64,000 nt of DNA. Origin: Octopus sinensis (lineage: Eukaryota). The DNA lies in the NCBI RefSeq assembly GCF_006345805.1, contig NC_042998.1:98084001-98148000 (forward strand), in the 5' to 3' direction. This document shows, in pieces, positions 50,401 through 64,000 of this stretch (positions are counted from its first letter, which is position 1; every line of letters begins with the position of its first letter). The notes under the pieces are model-generated. The model had not been told where the DNA came from. It made no database searches and worked only from the letters and a program-made list of their open reading frames with translations. The translations under genes and the position numbers were made by a program.

Positions 50401-51084
50401 AACATGTCAAAATACTTCAGCCACTCTAAACATAAGGAACTGAGTTGAAAACATTCCTCCTTCTATCCAGACTAGTCAATAGGTGGGTTAATCTAACGCA
50501 AATTGTTAAATATCTGTACTACAAAATGAATAGACAGGAAAATAAGACTCACACAGCATATTTCTCTGACAACTCTGCAACGTGATGTCTACCTAGGCAT
50601 TTAAAAATGTACTTATTTATCCATGCATGTGCATATATGTTTACAAGTGTGTTTATATATTTATGCATGCATGACTTTAATGCCACCCACCCAAAGACAT
50701 GATGTTTGTAAGTATAATAAAAAGTTATAATTCCATTAGGCAACAATGGTAAAAATTCTCCCAGTAAGTTATATTGTTATTTCATTAGCTGACTACAGAT
50801 GATAATATTTTACCAGACAATTGGTTACAATATAATACATCATTTATAAAAGTAAAAATAACACAGCAACCAATTGTATTCACTATATTAGTGATTCCGG
50901 ATTTTCACATATAACATATTTAGTTTTAACAATAAATCTTATAAATAATTGATGCCAAGCAATTAAAGCAAAACCAAGCAACTATACACAGGTGTGTGTG
51001 TATGTAAAAATAAAAATAGATGTGAACATATAAAAAAAATTGTGTTATATATATATATATATATATATATGCATGTATGTATGT

Positions 51085-51200
51085 AATAATGACCTAGTTC
51101 TCATAGCTGAATCTATCAAAGATTTAGAGAAGAAAACCTAAAATCAAGAGGTCTCAAAGTAAATCTGGTAAAGACAAAAATTTTAACAAGAAAGAAGAGT
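51085..51200 (+). pseudogene. Small RTE RT fragment (YADD region)
   Basis: NDLVLIAESIKDLEKK..LKSRGLKVNLVKTKIL, paralogous to 14430-14550. Confidence 0.65.
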
Positions 51201-51604
51201 ATATTACCAACAAGCATGTACCCACATTCAATATACAGTAAAAAAAGTAGATAGGAATTCTATGTTACACTCAATGTAAACTATGAATGAAGTAGTAAAA
51301 AATGGTGTTTTAGCAGGTACAATTTCCAAGCATTCTGTAGTAGAGGGTTGATGGGCTGTATTGTTGCTAGTATAGAATTTGACTGAGAAGAGTATCTCCT
51401 ACCTAGGTTGTAGCTGATACTTTTCAATTTTAGATTCCAGATGAAGCTCAAAGGTCATGTCATTGCTTCAATGTTGACAACAAAGAGTGTAGGAATGATG
51501 GTATTGTAATTTGAAGGGGCTCATAGTAACACCAATGCAGAACATAAAACGGCTTAGTTTCTACAGCGACTGAGTAAACAGTATCATGAAGTTTCCATTA
51601 ATAG

Positions 51605-51775
51605 TCCAATGACTAATTATTTGATGGGTGGTTGGTGTTAGTGAGGGCATCCAACTGTAAAAACCACGCCAAAACAGACACAGAAATCCAGCGCAGTCTC
51701 CTGCCTGGCTAGCTCCTGTCAAACCGTCCAACCCATGCTAGTATGGAAGTTGTATGTTAAAAATGATGATGATGA
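51605..51775 (+). mobile_element. RTE-type 3'-tail fragment
   Basis: ggtggttggtgttagtgagggcatccaactgtaaaaaccacgcc..aaaccgtccaacccatgctagtatggaag..gatgatgatg. Confidence 0.8.
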
Positions 51776-52069
51776 ATGTTGGTGAAATACGAAACCTAGT
51801 TCCAACAATATTAGTTACAACTTCATTAGTTTAAATAATTGCCCATTAGATCATAAGTGGAAACTTCAATATGTTGTATACTAAGCAAATGCTGAAACTG
51901 ACAACTTTTTTATGACACACACAGGTTATACTACAAATCCCCTCCAAAATATGATAATCAGAATTCCTACACCTTTTGTAATGAGAAAATACAGCATTTT
52001 CAAACTTATCTGGAATCTAAAGTAGGAAATTATCTTGAATAGAAGATTTTTCTCTTCAGTAAAGTCTTA

Positions 52070-52395
52070 TATCATCATCATTTTTATGTCTACTTTTTCA
52101 GGCAGACAGAGTTTTTCTATAGCTGGATGCCCTTCCTGTCACCAATCCTTTGTAGCCAGCATATTTTCACAGAACATTGGAAATGAATGGCAGTCATTTA
52201 CAATACTCATGTGATGTCAAGACACACATACAATGGGCTTCTTTCAGTTTCCATCAACCAAATCGGCTCACAAGGCTTTGTTCAACCCAGAACTGTAGAA
52301 GAAGACACTTGTCCAAAGTGCAACATAATGTGGCTAAACCTGAAACCATGTGGTTGGGAAGCAAACATTTTAACCCTACAGCCATATCTGCATCT
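52070..52395 (-). mobile_element. tRNA-headed SINE variant
   Basis: gctggatgcccttcctgtcaccaatcc..gggcttctttcagtttccatcaaccaaatc..gaaaccatgtggttgggaagcaaac. Confidence 0.8.
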
Positions 52396-54023
52396 TATAC
52401 TAGCTACAAAAAAAGCCTTGCAGCTATGTACAACAGAAAACTTGGAAATACTCTTTACTACTGCACTTAGCTGCAAAGAGCATACAAAACAATGACATTT
52501 CAAAACTTTGATCCTGACAGGTAAATATATACAATACCTCAACAAGTACCACTTATAAGTGACTACTAATCATCTATTTCTTATGAATGTTTCATTCCTT
52601 GTTACTCCATAAATTGAACATATACACTTGAGAGCTTACATAACATTCCTTTTATACTGATACAAATTACCTTTATTTTCCACACATTTGACTATTGTAC
52701 TAATCTGTTGAATAACTACAGATTTGAACCATTTTATCCTACATACCAAATCTCTTGAATTAATTACCTATATTTTACCATTTTCCTATACAAATACTAC
52801 TATTCTTCTGATTCTCACATTTTTTTATTTGTTTTACTGCAGACAATATTTATGAACTATCACACCAAACTTCCATTTGAATATATAAATTTTAATTAAC
52901 CCTAATATTACACCAAGAATCTCTTAACTAGTGCACATCACAATGTAAATTACAATATATTTTACTAAATAAACTTCTGTTATAGCCCAATATACATTAC
53001 TTTATATTCATACTATCCTTGCACTAAAATTTACCTTCAGTAACACTTTAAATCAAATATTCACCTAAATGTATGAGTTATCTTCCTTTCATATTCATAT
53101 GATTAGAAACCATTTCATATAACTTACCAATAATATCTCTATTAGAATTTACTAGAAATATAGGCACACATTTTTTCTTCTTTATTTTTTTTAGTTCAAC
53201 TCTTGGTCTTACCTTACAGTAATTTTACATTACACCTCCAGATATCAGATTAATAGATTAAATTACCAATATAATTTATCTTTTGTATCTCTATATCATG
53301 AACATCTGTAATTATGTATGCTGCTTACTACCTATTATATTTTTATTTCTTTTTCAAACATACACAATATTGAAATGCTTGCATCCATTCACCTCCAATT
53401 TGCTATCATTTGCCTGTATCTTTTGCTTATTTATAATCAATAAGAATATATTTTTAGCACAACATGAATATTCATTCTATCATAATCAACATTACACTTC
53501 CTTATACATTATTGTATGTAACTAAAATTACATGGTTTTCTTTCTCTTGATATTCAACTACTATATACTTATAACTTTTAATTTATTAATTTAACCATCT
53601 AATATATGCACAAAATCTATCCCTAAAATTGACAGATCCTTTGGTTACTCCCTTTATTATACAAAAGGGTATTAAATTTTTAATTTTCCCTTATTTGTTG
53701 ACTTGGTTCCAAATATTCAAGTGTAAAACTGAACCAATAGTTATTTTTTTTAAATATCTCTAAAAAATCTGTTTTTTCATTTACACCTTCCTGCTAAAAA
53801 AAAAAATTAAAAACTAATCTAAACACCTACCCACTTACTATGCAGACAGGCATATTGGCTATTTTATTCTTCTGTCTAATTACTATGAATAACCACAAAA
53901 GAAAACTTGAGTTAGTATTCAATATATTCAGTTATGATCAGAATGTATGTGTACATCTATTTACATGTGCACATGTATCAATAATAGCTTTTAGCTTTGA
54001 TGGTCTATTAGTTATTGATCTAC

Positions 54024-54253
54024 TTCAACCATTTAGCATTCAGATTACTCTGTCAAACATTAATGCTAATTTATTCACATAGTTTTGAATTCATCATGCA
54101 TTATCTTGTAGCTTTGAGATTTCAATGTTGCGATTGTTTATTATTAGAATGACATTATAGAGTAATTATAAGAAACCAGATCTGGCCAGTTTAAACATAA
54201 AACAGGTAAAATATTTGGGCCACATACGGCCACTTTAAATACTAAAGGGTTAA
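54024..54253. mobile_element. TTAA-flanked piggyBac-type MITE, complete copy
   Basis: ttcaa-ccatttagcatt ... aatactaaaggg-TTAA terminal inverted repeats; same family as the split copy at 14045/15888. Confidence 0.8.
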
Positions 54254-55104
54254 ACTGAAGGTATAAATAAGATAAATATTTTATATACTGACATTATCTC
54301 AAGAAACATGTTCAATCTTCAACTGGTTTGTAAGCACCAATTTCAATTTCTGTCATAAATTTTTAAATGCTTATTCTTATCTATTTTGCAAACCATTTGT
54401 TTTGATATATGTGTCTGACATTTTTTGTAAATATAAAGGGGGGAAAAAACATAGAAATGTATGTGAAGGAAAAGGACTGAAATGTTAGCATGTCATAATA
54501 ACAGTTTGGTTATTTTTTAGAGCCAGGGTAATAGGAAGTGCCATTTGTGCTTCCTACAAGAGCATCAGTGGTGCAACCAATTGAAAATGTTCTAATCAAA
54601 AGTAAATCCAGGTTTTAAAAAAAGAAGTTTTCTAAGCAATGACATATCAATTATAACTGATCACTCCTGAAGACACTATAAAGCTTAATATGTTTAGTAA
54701 GGTATCAGGTGCAGTCCAAGTATATGAAGTAAGAAATAGTTCTGCAAATTCAGCCATTTTGGAAGACAATAACTGACTTTTGTTGTTTTTGTTTTTTAGA
54801 GGTTTTTTTTGTAACTTTTAATAAAATTAATGTGTCAGTTTGCTTGGTACTACTTTAGTGTGCAGTCCACCTGGTGATTTACACTTTAGCATGCAGCCTA
54901 ACCCTAACTGAACCCCTAACCTACATCAAGTCACTTTAGTTTAGACTACAGATACAGCAGTAGAATAAAAATGAAGACAGTTTTGATTTTTGTTCTTTTG
55001 AAAAAACCCAAACCATTTTTTGAATATCATTCCTAGCATCAATTGTATATCAGAATTAAAATAATTTAACTGATTAAATAAATGCAAAAATAGGAGAGTA
55101 TATT

Positions 55105-55260
55105 TGAAGCTGAGTTTGTGATAGATTGTGGTTAGGGAGCTTGCTTCCTAGCTACATGGTTTCGGGTTCAGTCCCACTGCGTGGCACTTTGGGTAGGTGT
55201 CTTCTACTATAGCCCCGAGCCGACCGGAGCTTTGTGATTGAATTCGGTAGGCAGGAGTTA
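55105..55260 (+). mobile_element. 5' part of a tRNA-headed SINE
   Basis: gtggttagggagcttgcttcc..cgggttcagtcccactgcgtggcactttgggtaggtgtcttctactatagccccgagccgacc. Confidence 0.8.
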
Positions 55261-58200
55261 CTGCCGTGTGTGTATGTGTGCGTAGAGCTGCTCAGTGCCT
55301 CTCCGAAAGAGAGAGAGGGGAAACCAGAACTTCAAATTACTATAGCCATTGCAACTTCAATACAAATTGAGCACACCATTCTGAAATACATTTTACAGTT
55401 TTCCTAATTTAAAGTTATATCATATGGCATAGATCACTTTGCATTTTTCTTTCTTATACATGTTTGTGTACCCCTAAGTGGATGTAAAGGAAATGGCATC
55501 TCATGGTTTTGAAATTATGTATCTCAGCTGCGAAACACATTGCTACAACTGAATTCGACGATAATTGTTGTGGTAAGCAATTAAATAGAATAGAAATTCA
55601 TTGGGCTTTCTTTATCTTACAGCTGACACCTTTTAATCATTCTATCATTCCATTAATCCTTTCTAAAAGACAATATAATCCATTGCACCTTTAGAATTGC
55701 TACAAGGAACAAGAAGTAGGTATAAAACTGTTTGACACACCTACTTTTAATATCCTTAATATCAACCAAACACTTTACTAAGGATAAAACTACTTTTATT
55801 TCAGACATTGACAAATCAAGAATGAACACACAAAGTTGAAAATATAAGCCTGGACTAAACTATTTTTTGTACTGAATTTCTATGTTGAAATTTTAACTCA
55901 AAATATCTCAATATAAAAGAACCAAGACCAAGAGAAAAGGAAGAAAAATATAATGCTAAAAAAATATATTTAAAGAAAAATTTTATATTTTACTTTCTCT
56001 AAGAACATTATCAAACCAATTACACACTAATGTCAACAGCATTCAAATATATTTCTTGAGAAAATTTTTCATTTGGGAAACCATAATTGAACATAAGTCT
56101 CAAAGATTTATTTATAACACAACAAATATATGTTCTAATGACCATGGAAGTTGTTGAATTTTAATTTGATTTTGTTTTACAAAAATAGTATCCTAGATAT
56201 TACATAAGTTGGAGAAAGAAAAATAAAATAATGCAAAAAGTATATTAACATTTTTGATTACAGAAAAATTTTGTTTAACTAATGAATTTTCTATTTCAAA
56301 TGGTTTTGAAAAAGAAATTTAAGAGAGAAATCAGTAAACGAGGTATAAATGAATGGAACTGGCGGGGAAAAAAAAGATGAGCAGAGATGATGTAAAAAAA
56401 GATAAAGTGCCATCAAATCTGAAAGTTGGCTCAAAGGCCAACAGGTAGAAATTATTGATGTATCTGAATTAGGAAGTAGTACTGATAATAGATTACAAAC
56501 TACAATTGCAACATTAAATTCTATATATAGATACATATCATTTATTAAATATAGAAAACATAAGCTTTTGGTTTGAGGTTTTTCCATCTTAATTCCTTAA
56601 TTATTTCCGACCATTATAGGCCAAGAAGAATACTTGCTATGCAGAGATTATACAGGAAAAGGTCAGAAATGGATAGACTAAGGTCATTACAAGAAAATAC
56701 CAGCAGAAATTACAGTAGACTGATTATATGTATAGAGTCAGAGTGGAGTGTGACAGAATCAATTAACTAAAAACAAAAAGAAGAGTAGGATTGGACAAAA
56801 GAGAGAGAAAGAGATATTAGAGGAGGATATATCAATAGAAATGGTCATATACAAAAGAGAGAAGAATGAATGAAAGATAAAAATAAGTGAGAGAAAAATA
56901 ATGAAAAGAGGGAAGTGAGAAAGATGAATATGAGAGAGGAAATAAAATCAATGAGATTGGAGGAAAAGAAAGGAGAAAATTAGAGGAATTGAAGAGAATA
57001 AAGTCAAAAGCATAAAGTAAAATATAAGTTTTAATCGGCATTCTGAGTTCTACTAAAGTAGTTCACCTCTAAGCTAAATTCTCTATAAAAAAAGAAAAAG
57101 AAAGAATTACATTAAAATTTCATTTCCATCTTTGCTAATTGTTTTAATTATCTAACAATATAATTCATAGAATATGTCTGCTGTTTTCCAAATTAACAAT
57201 TACAATCAAATTTCATTTGTGAATCAGTAATGTAACCACTTTTTTTTCAATGCAATAATATTAATAATCATTTGTAATTAGATACAAAAAAACACAAAAA
57301 AACAATGGCAAAGACATTTTTAAAAAATAGTTTATATTTACGGTAAACATAGAATGCAACATTTATCTCATGTTCAAACTGTATTTACAATTCCTTTGAA
57401 AAATTCCACAAGTTTATCTGATTCAATACAGAAAAGGTGAAATGATCAAATAGATAAGCTTCCAGACTCTACATTCATAATTTACTATGGTGTTTTAAAG
57501 TATTTATAGACAGGAGATCTAATTAATCTATTTCCATTTCCCATGATATAGAAACAGAAAATAGTTTCTGCAAAACAAAAATCTAGTTGTTCAGATGACT
57601 TAACTTTTCATGGAAGTACAGTCTTTATGGATCACTGTTTCATTGAAAAGAATAATTTGATATAATCAACTATGATTTATCATCCCAAGAGATTAAATTT
57701 AAAATCCTTTTCTTTTTAAATGAATGAAGACCAGATTAGACTGGATCAACAGCACTATATTTAAGTAAATTTAATATAGAAGCTTTATTCTTAAATTCTA
57801 CTTAGGTTTTATATAAAGCTGAAATTTATATTTCCTATTTTGTTAGTTGAGAAATTTTTCTGCTCATTTGTTCAATATTATCATTGAATAAGAGAAAGGA
57901 ATAGACAAATTTTATTTTCAGTTTATTAACATCAAAAATATTAATGGAAATGTCTTAAAAGAAAAAAATGAAATAGTCAACTGCATTTTTGTTTAAATTT
58001 GTTTACTCTAAAATTTAGAAAATTACATGATAATTGCTGCATTGAGTCAACTAACTCAACTTCTGAGTGAAGATTACATCAGGAAATGGCAAAAAGTTTT
58101 AGGCTCAATAAATACCAGCAATGTACTGTAGAATAGTTTTGATCAGAAATATATTTTTTATCTATCAATGTCTTCACACTAAAGAAATAGCTGAAAGCTA

Positions 58201-60882
58201 AGAGTGAGCACAAAAACACTATATACAGAAAACACATATAAATTAAGCTAAATAAACTACTGAACTTAATAAAAAGTTTTACATTTATTGCCAATTGGCA
58301 TACTTTGAAGCAAAATATAAAACTGACCATGGTAGAAACACTCAATGGCTGACAGCAGAATACCATTCAAATTACATCAAAGTATAGACATCAATTTGAA
58401 AACAAAAATAGAAGTTTCATTTCAGATTTAATAATTAATGTCATAAAAAAATAAATGAAAGGCAATAACCCCATTAATATAATGCAAGAAAAATCTTTCC
58501 ATTTGGCAAATTGACCATTCCCATTTGTAATGTGTATATCTGTATGTGCATATATAAATGTGTGCATGATGTGTACTTTTTGTAAATGTGCTATAAGTAT
58601 ATATGCATGCATGTTCACATAACCTTTTACAGATTTGGCAAAACATCAAATCTTGAAAACTTTATTAAATTAATTCTTTTTTATTTCAATCTTTTAATCT
58701 GTTTTCTGTGCTAGCTTCAGTTGTATGGTTCTGGAAGTTTGAATATTTGTATGAATTTATTGTGAACATTCTTTACTTAAATTTCCTTTCTACCACTAAC
58801 TTCTTAGTTTTTATAAAATACGCAGATACATTTTCATCGTAATTAACTAAATGAAACAAATTTTAAATTACGGGTTATGGCAGTGAGAATCCTAAAACTT
58901 GCATAATATCCTTATAGTATGTAAAAAAGAGTAACTAAACCTATTACATTTTTATGATGTCTAAGAAATAAATTACAGAATAGTGTTTTTGTAACTGCAC
59001 ATTATATGAAAATATAACTACTAGCTGCATACTACCTAATGCCTTACTTACCAATGACTGTTAGCATAAATTGTCAAACATTGTGCACCAGACTTGAAAG
59101 AATTACATAAATCAAACATGTTCTACCTTACAAGAGTATTGCTCTTTTATATTAATATGTAACAATAGTGGTAATATGATTGCAGTCTTTTGTTAGAACA
59201 GTTCAGATGTCAAGATGCTAGAAATAAACAAAAAATAACCAGCATGAGAATATATAGTGTAACATTTCTTAAAACCTTACAGCATTGGAATATTAACTCA
59301 GCATTTTCTAGAAACACAGATATCACACTGAAATTTAAATCCTACTCTATGTCAAAAGTAAAATGTGTTTCAGCGTTTAAAACTTATTTCTTATCAGTCT
59401 TTAATTTTAGTTAATTCTAATGAGCCAGTTTATTCTCATGAATGGATTTAGAGAATGATAGCAAGCTATGAGTGGTAGTCCCTCCTTGCACTGTCACAGA
59501 GTAATGGAGATGGTCATACCATCAAGTGTCAACTGCAGAGATAGTGTCATAACAACTCAACAGTTGGGCTAATCCTCTTCCAAAATTTTCAAGCAAGCTT
59601 CAGAATTATATCCTTTCACAAAACCAACTTCAAGTACCAAAATGATGTTGACATTCATTTAAGTATTTCTAAAATTGTAACATGTCTAACAAAACATGCT
59701 TATGCTAAATGACAGCTAGCTCTATTTACTACGTTTCAATTGACACAGTCGTCCTTTAGAATACTTTGTTGAGACAAAAATAAAGTGATTAACACCTATT
59801 GCTTTGTTGGATTTTATACTACTTTTAATCTATACTTAAATAATGCTTGGCACATTCAATAGTTATGATTAGATAATTAATAAAGGAGCTAAGTTTATCT
59901 AGAAGTTAATTATCCAGCCTAACTGAGAAAACTACAGCATCTTGATTACACTGGAGGCATTCCAATATCAAGATTATAATCAAATATGCAAGCTATGTTA
60001 ACAATGTTGTTTTACTTGAGCAGACAAAACAACTGATAAGAAGAGAATAACAGATCATTACATCATTTCTGCCAAATAATAACTGAAACAAACAACTGAT
60101 TTAGAGATTGGAGGATGGGGGAAGACAGAGAGAGAGAAAAAAATATAGATAAAAGACAAGAGTCAAAGAAAGAGGGTGAGAGAGTGTGTCATTTTATTCA
60201 ACAGTGTGAGTGTGTGCGTGCAGTATATACAAGAATGTGTTTGTTTTTTCCTTGCAATAAGACTAATATGGACACAATTCTCTAAAAATATTATAATCGA
60301 TATTTTGAGTTACCAGACATTCAGTTTTGCCAATGCATAAAAGCATTTGAATGAATATCTATCACAGCAATGAGGAATTAGATTAAAGAAATAATAGGAG
60401 CATAGTTCTGATCTTCTTCACAAATATATACTTAGTCGTTAGTCTCACCACAGTATACAGTACTTGAACTTATTTTATTGTGCTTGGAATGGAATTTCAA
60501 TTCAGAAATGAAAAACACTTAACTAACTTGATGTTGTAAACATATCATCCAGCTAACTACCATTGCAAACAACAATTACTATATTTACTAATAACGATTA
60601 ATGCAATAAGTTCAAGGTCTGTGAATTGTAGATGAAGAGAACAAATACTGTAAATATGTAACTTTCCTCTAAACTATTATGAACTAAGTGAAATGAATTG
60701 AAATTGCTCCAACTGGAAATCAAAGTCATATAATGAATTTGATTTGCTAGAAGATCACCTCTGCTTGATGGTATCTGTGATACTTAAAGTCAATGATAAT
60801 TTTGCTTCATGGAATTAATGATGTCAACAAACATATTAACAGAAATTAAAAAAGAAATGTACAAAAATTTATTTAGTTGTTT

Positions 60883-61051
60883 AGGAGTGGCTGTGTGGTA
60901 AGTAGCTTGCTTACCAACCACATGGTTCTGGGTTCAGGCCCACTGTGTGGCACCTTGGGCAAGTCTCTTCTACTATAGCCTTGGGCCAACCAAAGCCTTG
61001 TGAGTGGATTTGGTAGACGGAAACTGAAAGAAGCCCATCGTATATATGTAC

Positions 61052-61083
<32 letters not shown>

Positions 61084-61320
61084 ATGTGTGTGTGCATGTT
61101 TGTGTGTCTGTGTTTGTCCCCCCCCCCAACATCACTTGACAACCGATGCTGGTGTGTTTACGTCCCTGTAACTTAGCAGTTCAGCAAAAGAAACCGATAG
61201 AATAAGTACTAGGCTTACAAAAAATAAGTCCTGGAGTCAATTTGCTCGACTAAAGGCAGTGCTCCAGCATAGCAACAGTCAAATAAATGACTGAAACAAG
61301 TAAAAGAGTAAAAGAGAGTA
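60883..61320 (+). mobile_element. Full-length tRNA-headed SINE (best copy in the window)
   Basis: ggagtggctgtgtggtaagtagcttgcttaccaaccacatggttctgggttcaggcccactg..internal microsatellite..gactgaaacaagtaaaagagtaaaagag. Confidence 0.92.
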
Positions 61321-63029
61321 AAGGCTTAAAGACTGTAACTTAATACAACAACAATTCAATGAATCATAGGACTAATAACCTATAAGGGCATGAAAGGAAA
61401 AAAAATATTTAGTCATTGGTAGTTATAAATTGGATTGCTATGACTAAAGTATTATATCACACTAATGATATATCTATAAGCCAACAGAGAAATAAAAGAA
61501 TAATTTAATATTGAAATTAAAGATCTTAAGAGCTCAGAACATGACCACAGTTTGCTTCACCATGCAGCATTTACATTTACTGTCCAAACCATCCTTAAAC
61601 ACATCAGGATGAGACAACATAGAACATTAATCTCTTTGAACAAGCACAACATACCTGATTGACCTAGTACAAAACTACACATGAAATGGATGCGACAACA
61701 ACTGTACTAGGTCTGAATTTAATATTAAATTGTGAACTACCTCTCAGTGTGCCCCAATGAAAATATACACTAACCATGTTTACCATGCACGTCAAGAATA
61801 GACTGAATGGCAAAACAGGCACTACATACCCTAAAATACTGTAGCATACTGTCAAGATAGAATCCATAGGATGTTCCAAGAGTAGAGTGAAGAAGAGAAT
61901 ATACACATAAAAAAAATTACAAACCTGCCCCTAAATATTTTATTTGCTTTTTCTATGCTAAAGAAAAAAATGACTCAAACTATTCAGTAATAACTTAACG
62001 TAAGCACCTATATTTCTGCTAACATTTCTTGAACAAGCAAGTTTAGGAAATACATATGGGATAAATATGCATTAAGCAGAAGATTAATAAATATCCTGAT
62101 TTCTGAGTTTTTAAGGAAAGAAGCTTTCTTTGTCAAAATGCAGTAGTAATTTGTGTACTATATTGTGGCATACAACTTGAGTTTTTCAGGTAAAAATTTA
62201 TGTCCAAAAAAGGTAGGTCAACTTATACACAAAGACCACTTTGGAGGACCAAAAATTCTATGTGAAATGCAACAGAATTTGGAAAGAGAATAACAAATGT
62301 TCATCAAATGTTCTTATCCACACCAATTCAACCAATCACACCTCCTTTCTATGATTTCAGCCATTGCCTTTTTCCTTTCTCCGCTATACATCTATAAACC
62401 ATTCTAAACACCTTTCTTTTCTGCAATCATTATCAATATCTTCCCATATCTACTGTCATAACTCACATATGCTCCTTAAACATCCCTATCTCTTCCTCCC
62501 ATCAGTTCCTACACCTTACACATCAGTCTACTTCTGTTCTCCTTCCTCAGTCACTCCTATATCTCCCACATTACTCCTCTGCATACTGGTATTTCTCAAC
62601 ATCTGTACCCCAACTCTTGGTCTTCACTCAACTACAATAACCTTCTTCCACCAATTTATTCCTTCCACACTATTATGAAAGCATCCACTCTCATCCCCTC
62701 CCATGATCTGCCATCCTTGTCTTCTATGCTCAACTTCTTGTTCTTTGAGAGTTTGCTCTAGCACCTATACAGAGAAGATATATGGCCAGAGGAACCATAT
62801 ATCTTCTCTTATTTCCTTCAGCCATATATCTTCTCTACAGCAAGAGACCAGTGTATGTCTATCAAGCGTACTTCAGCCTTTCAGCACCTGGCATACAGCC
62901 ATTCATCTTCAACTTCCCCTCCCAAATATTTCTTCTTAGTAGTGGGAGCTTTTTCCTCCCTTTCCTTTTCCTCCTCTGTTCTTTTCTGTCTTCCAAGTTA
63001 CATGGCAATTTCACCAGTGTCAGTGACAC

Positions 63030-63207
63030 AAAAAGAGCACCCAGTAGACTGTAAAGTAGTTGGCAATAGGAAGGGCATCCGATTATAGAAACCATGCCAA
63101 AGATGACGTTGGGGCTTGACAAAGCCCTGCAGCTCAGTGGCTCCTTGTTAAACTTTCCTACCTATGCAAACATGGAAAATGTATATTAAATGATAATAAT
63201 GATGACT
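63030..63207 (+). mobile_element. RTE-type 3'-tail fragment
   Basis: gtagttggcaataggaagggcatccgattatagaaaccatgcc..atgcaaacatggaaaatgtatattaaatgataataatgatg. Confidence 0.7.
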
Positions 63208-64000
63208 GAAAAATACAGTAATCCCTTTACTTATATCAGCTTGAAGAAAAATACATTCTATAATTGTTTTTGTTGTTAATGAAAATAGGGATAATGCAAA
63301 TGATGATGATGGAGGAGATTCTGTTGAGGCCAACACTGATGATATTAGGACTAATAATGAAACTGATGGCAATGATGATAAATTACAAGTAGACAGCAAA
63401 TGTCTAACAGGTGAAGAGAGTATTTCTTTTTTTTTTTTTTTTTGAAATTTCAAGTAATTCTTTATGAATCATCTTACATCCTGTACTGTTTTCAAGTTAT
63501 AATTGGCCTATAAATCGTTCTCCACAATATTTTAACAGATTTTATACAAATCCCTATTTGTATCCCTTTAAAGATAGTTATCAAGTAAAAGAAAATAGCA
63601 CCTGGCAGGATTATCATCTGTAAAGCAGTATAAAAGTATAAATACAGCATGCACACATAAAATGAAGTAAACAGTCAATGATTCAAATAAGACTTTTTTT
63701 TTCGTGCTGTTTTACATCCATAAAATAGCAATAATTCTTGTTTTTAAGCAAGTAGGAAATGATTCAGAAAATTACTATTTTTTGTATTTTGTTTTTCGTT
63801 TTTTTTTTTAGGTAATGGAAGTGTGAAATGGAAAGAAAGAGAAATGATGGACAGATTTAAAGGATTAATGACAGGAATTAAGTTATATCATTTCAAGATA
63901 TTTACCTTCCGTATTGATACTCTGCATATACAAGGTTCCAATACTACATTCGAGGCATTTGCTGTCATCTTGCAGAGGAAACAAAATTGGCAACCCCATT

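Noticed and set aside
63270-63420. D/N/E-rich plus-strand frame
   Set aside because: Low-complexity (GAT/AAT-rich), similar to the repeat-derived acidic stretches at 7.1 and 7.6 kb, and has no clear acceptor.

Overview
This is AT-rich, CpG-poor eukaryotic genomic DNA dominated by transposable-element relics and (CA)n/(TA)n/(GA)n microsatellites. The repeat families (tRNA-headed SINEs with an internal TA/TG microsatellite, RTE-like LINE 3' ends with (GAT)n tails, TTAA-flanked MITEs) look like those I recall from Octopus genomes; this is pattern recall, not a database result. I recognise no intact protein-coding gene, and the window reads as intronic or intergenic. Almost all supplied ORFs are microsatellite, repeat or chance ORFs; a few low-confidence candidate exons are listed. 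Well-supported items: (1) a decayed RTE-like LINE (14.1-15.7 kb; RT motifs, a PHD-like Cys module, a perfect 34-bp hairpin) nested in a TTAA MITE; (2) a decayed hAT transposase (16.0-16.9 kb); (3) two young RTE 3'-end copies in opposite orientation with nearly the same 5' break point and 61-63-bp tandem arrays (19.6-20.5 and 44.2-45.1 kb); (4) an internally deleted DD37D (maT-type) mariner (42.4-43.2 kb); (5) a ~560-580-bp three-unit tandem repeat (37.4-39.1 kb); (6) several fold-back elements. The most interesting object is a ~450-bp head-to-head palindrome (32.7-33.1 kb) in which each arm is a tRNA-like Pol III head followed by a minimal type I hammerhead-ribozyme core. Further degenerate hammerhead-like cores occur at 26.9, 36.6 and 43.4 kb. 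Boundaries of decayed repeats are approximate.
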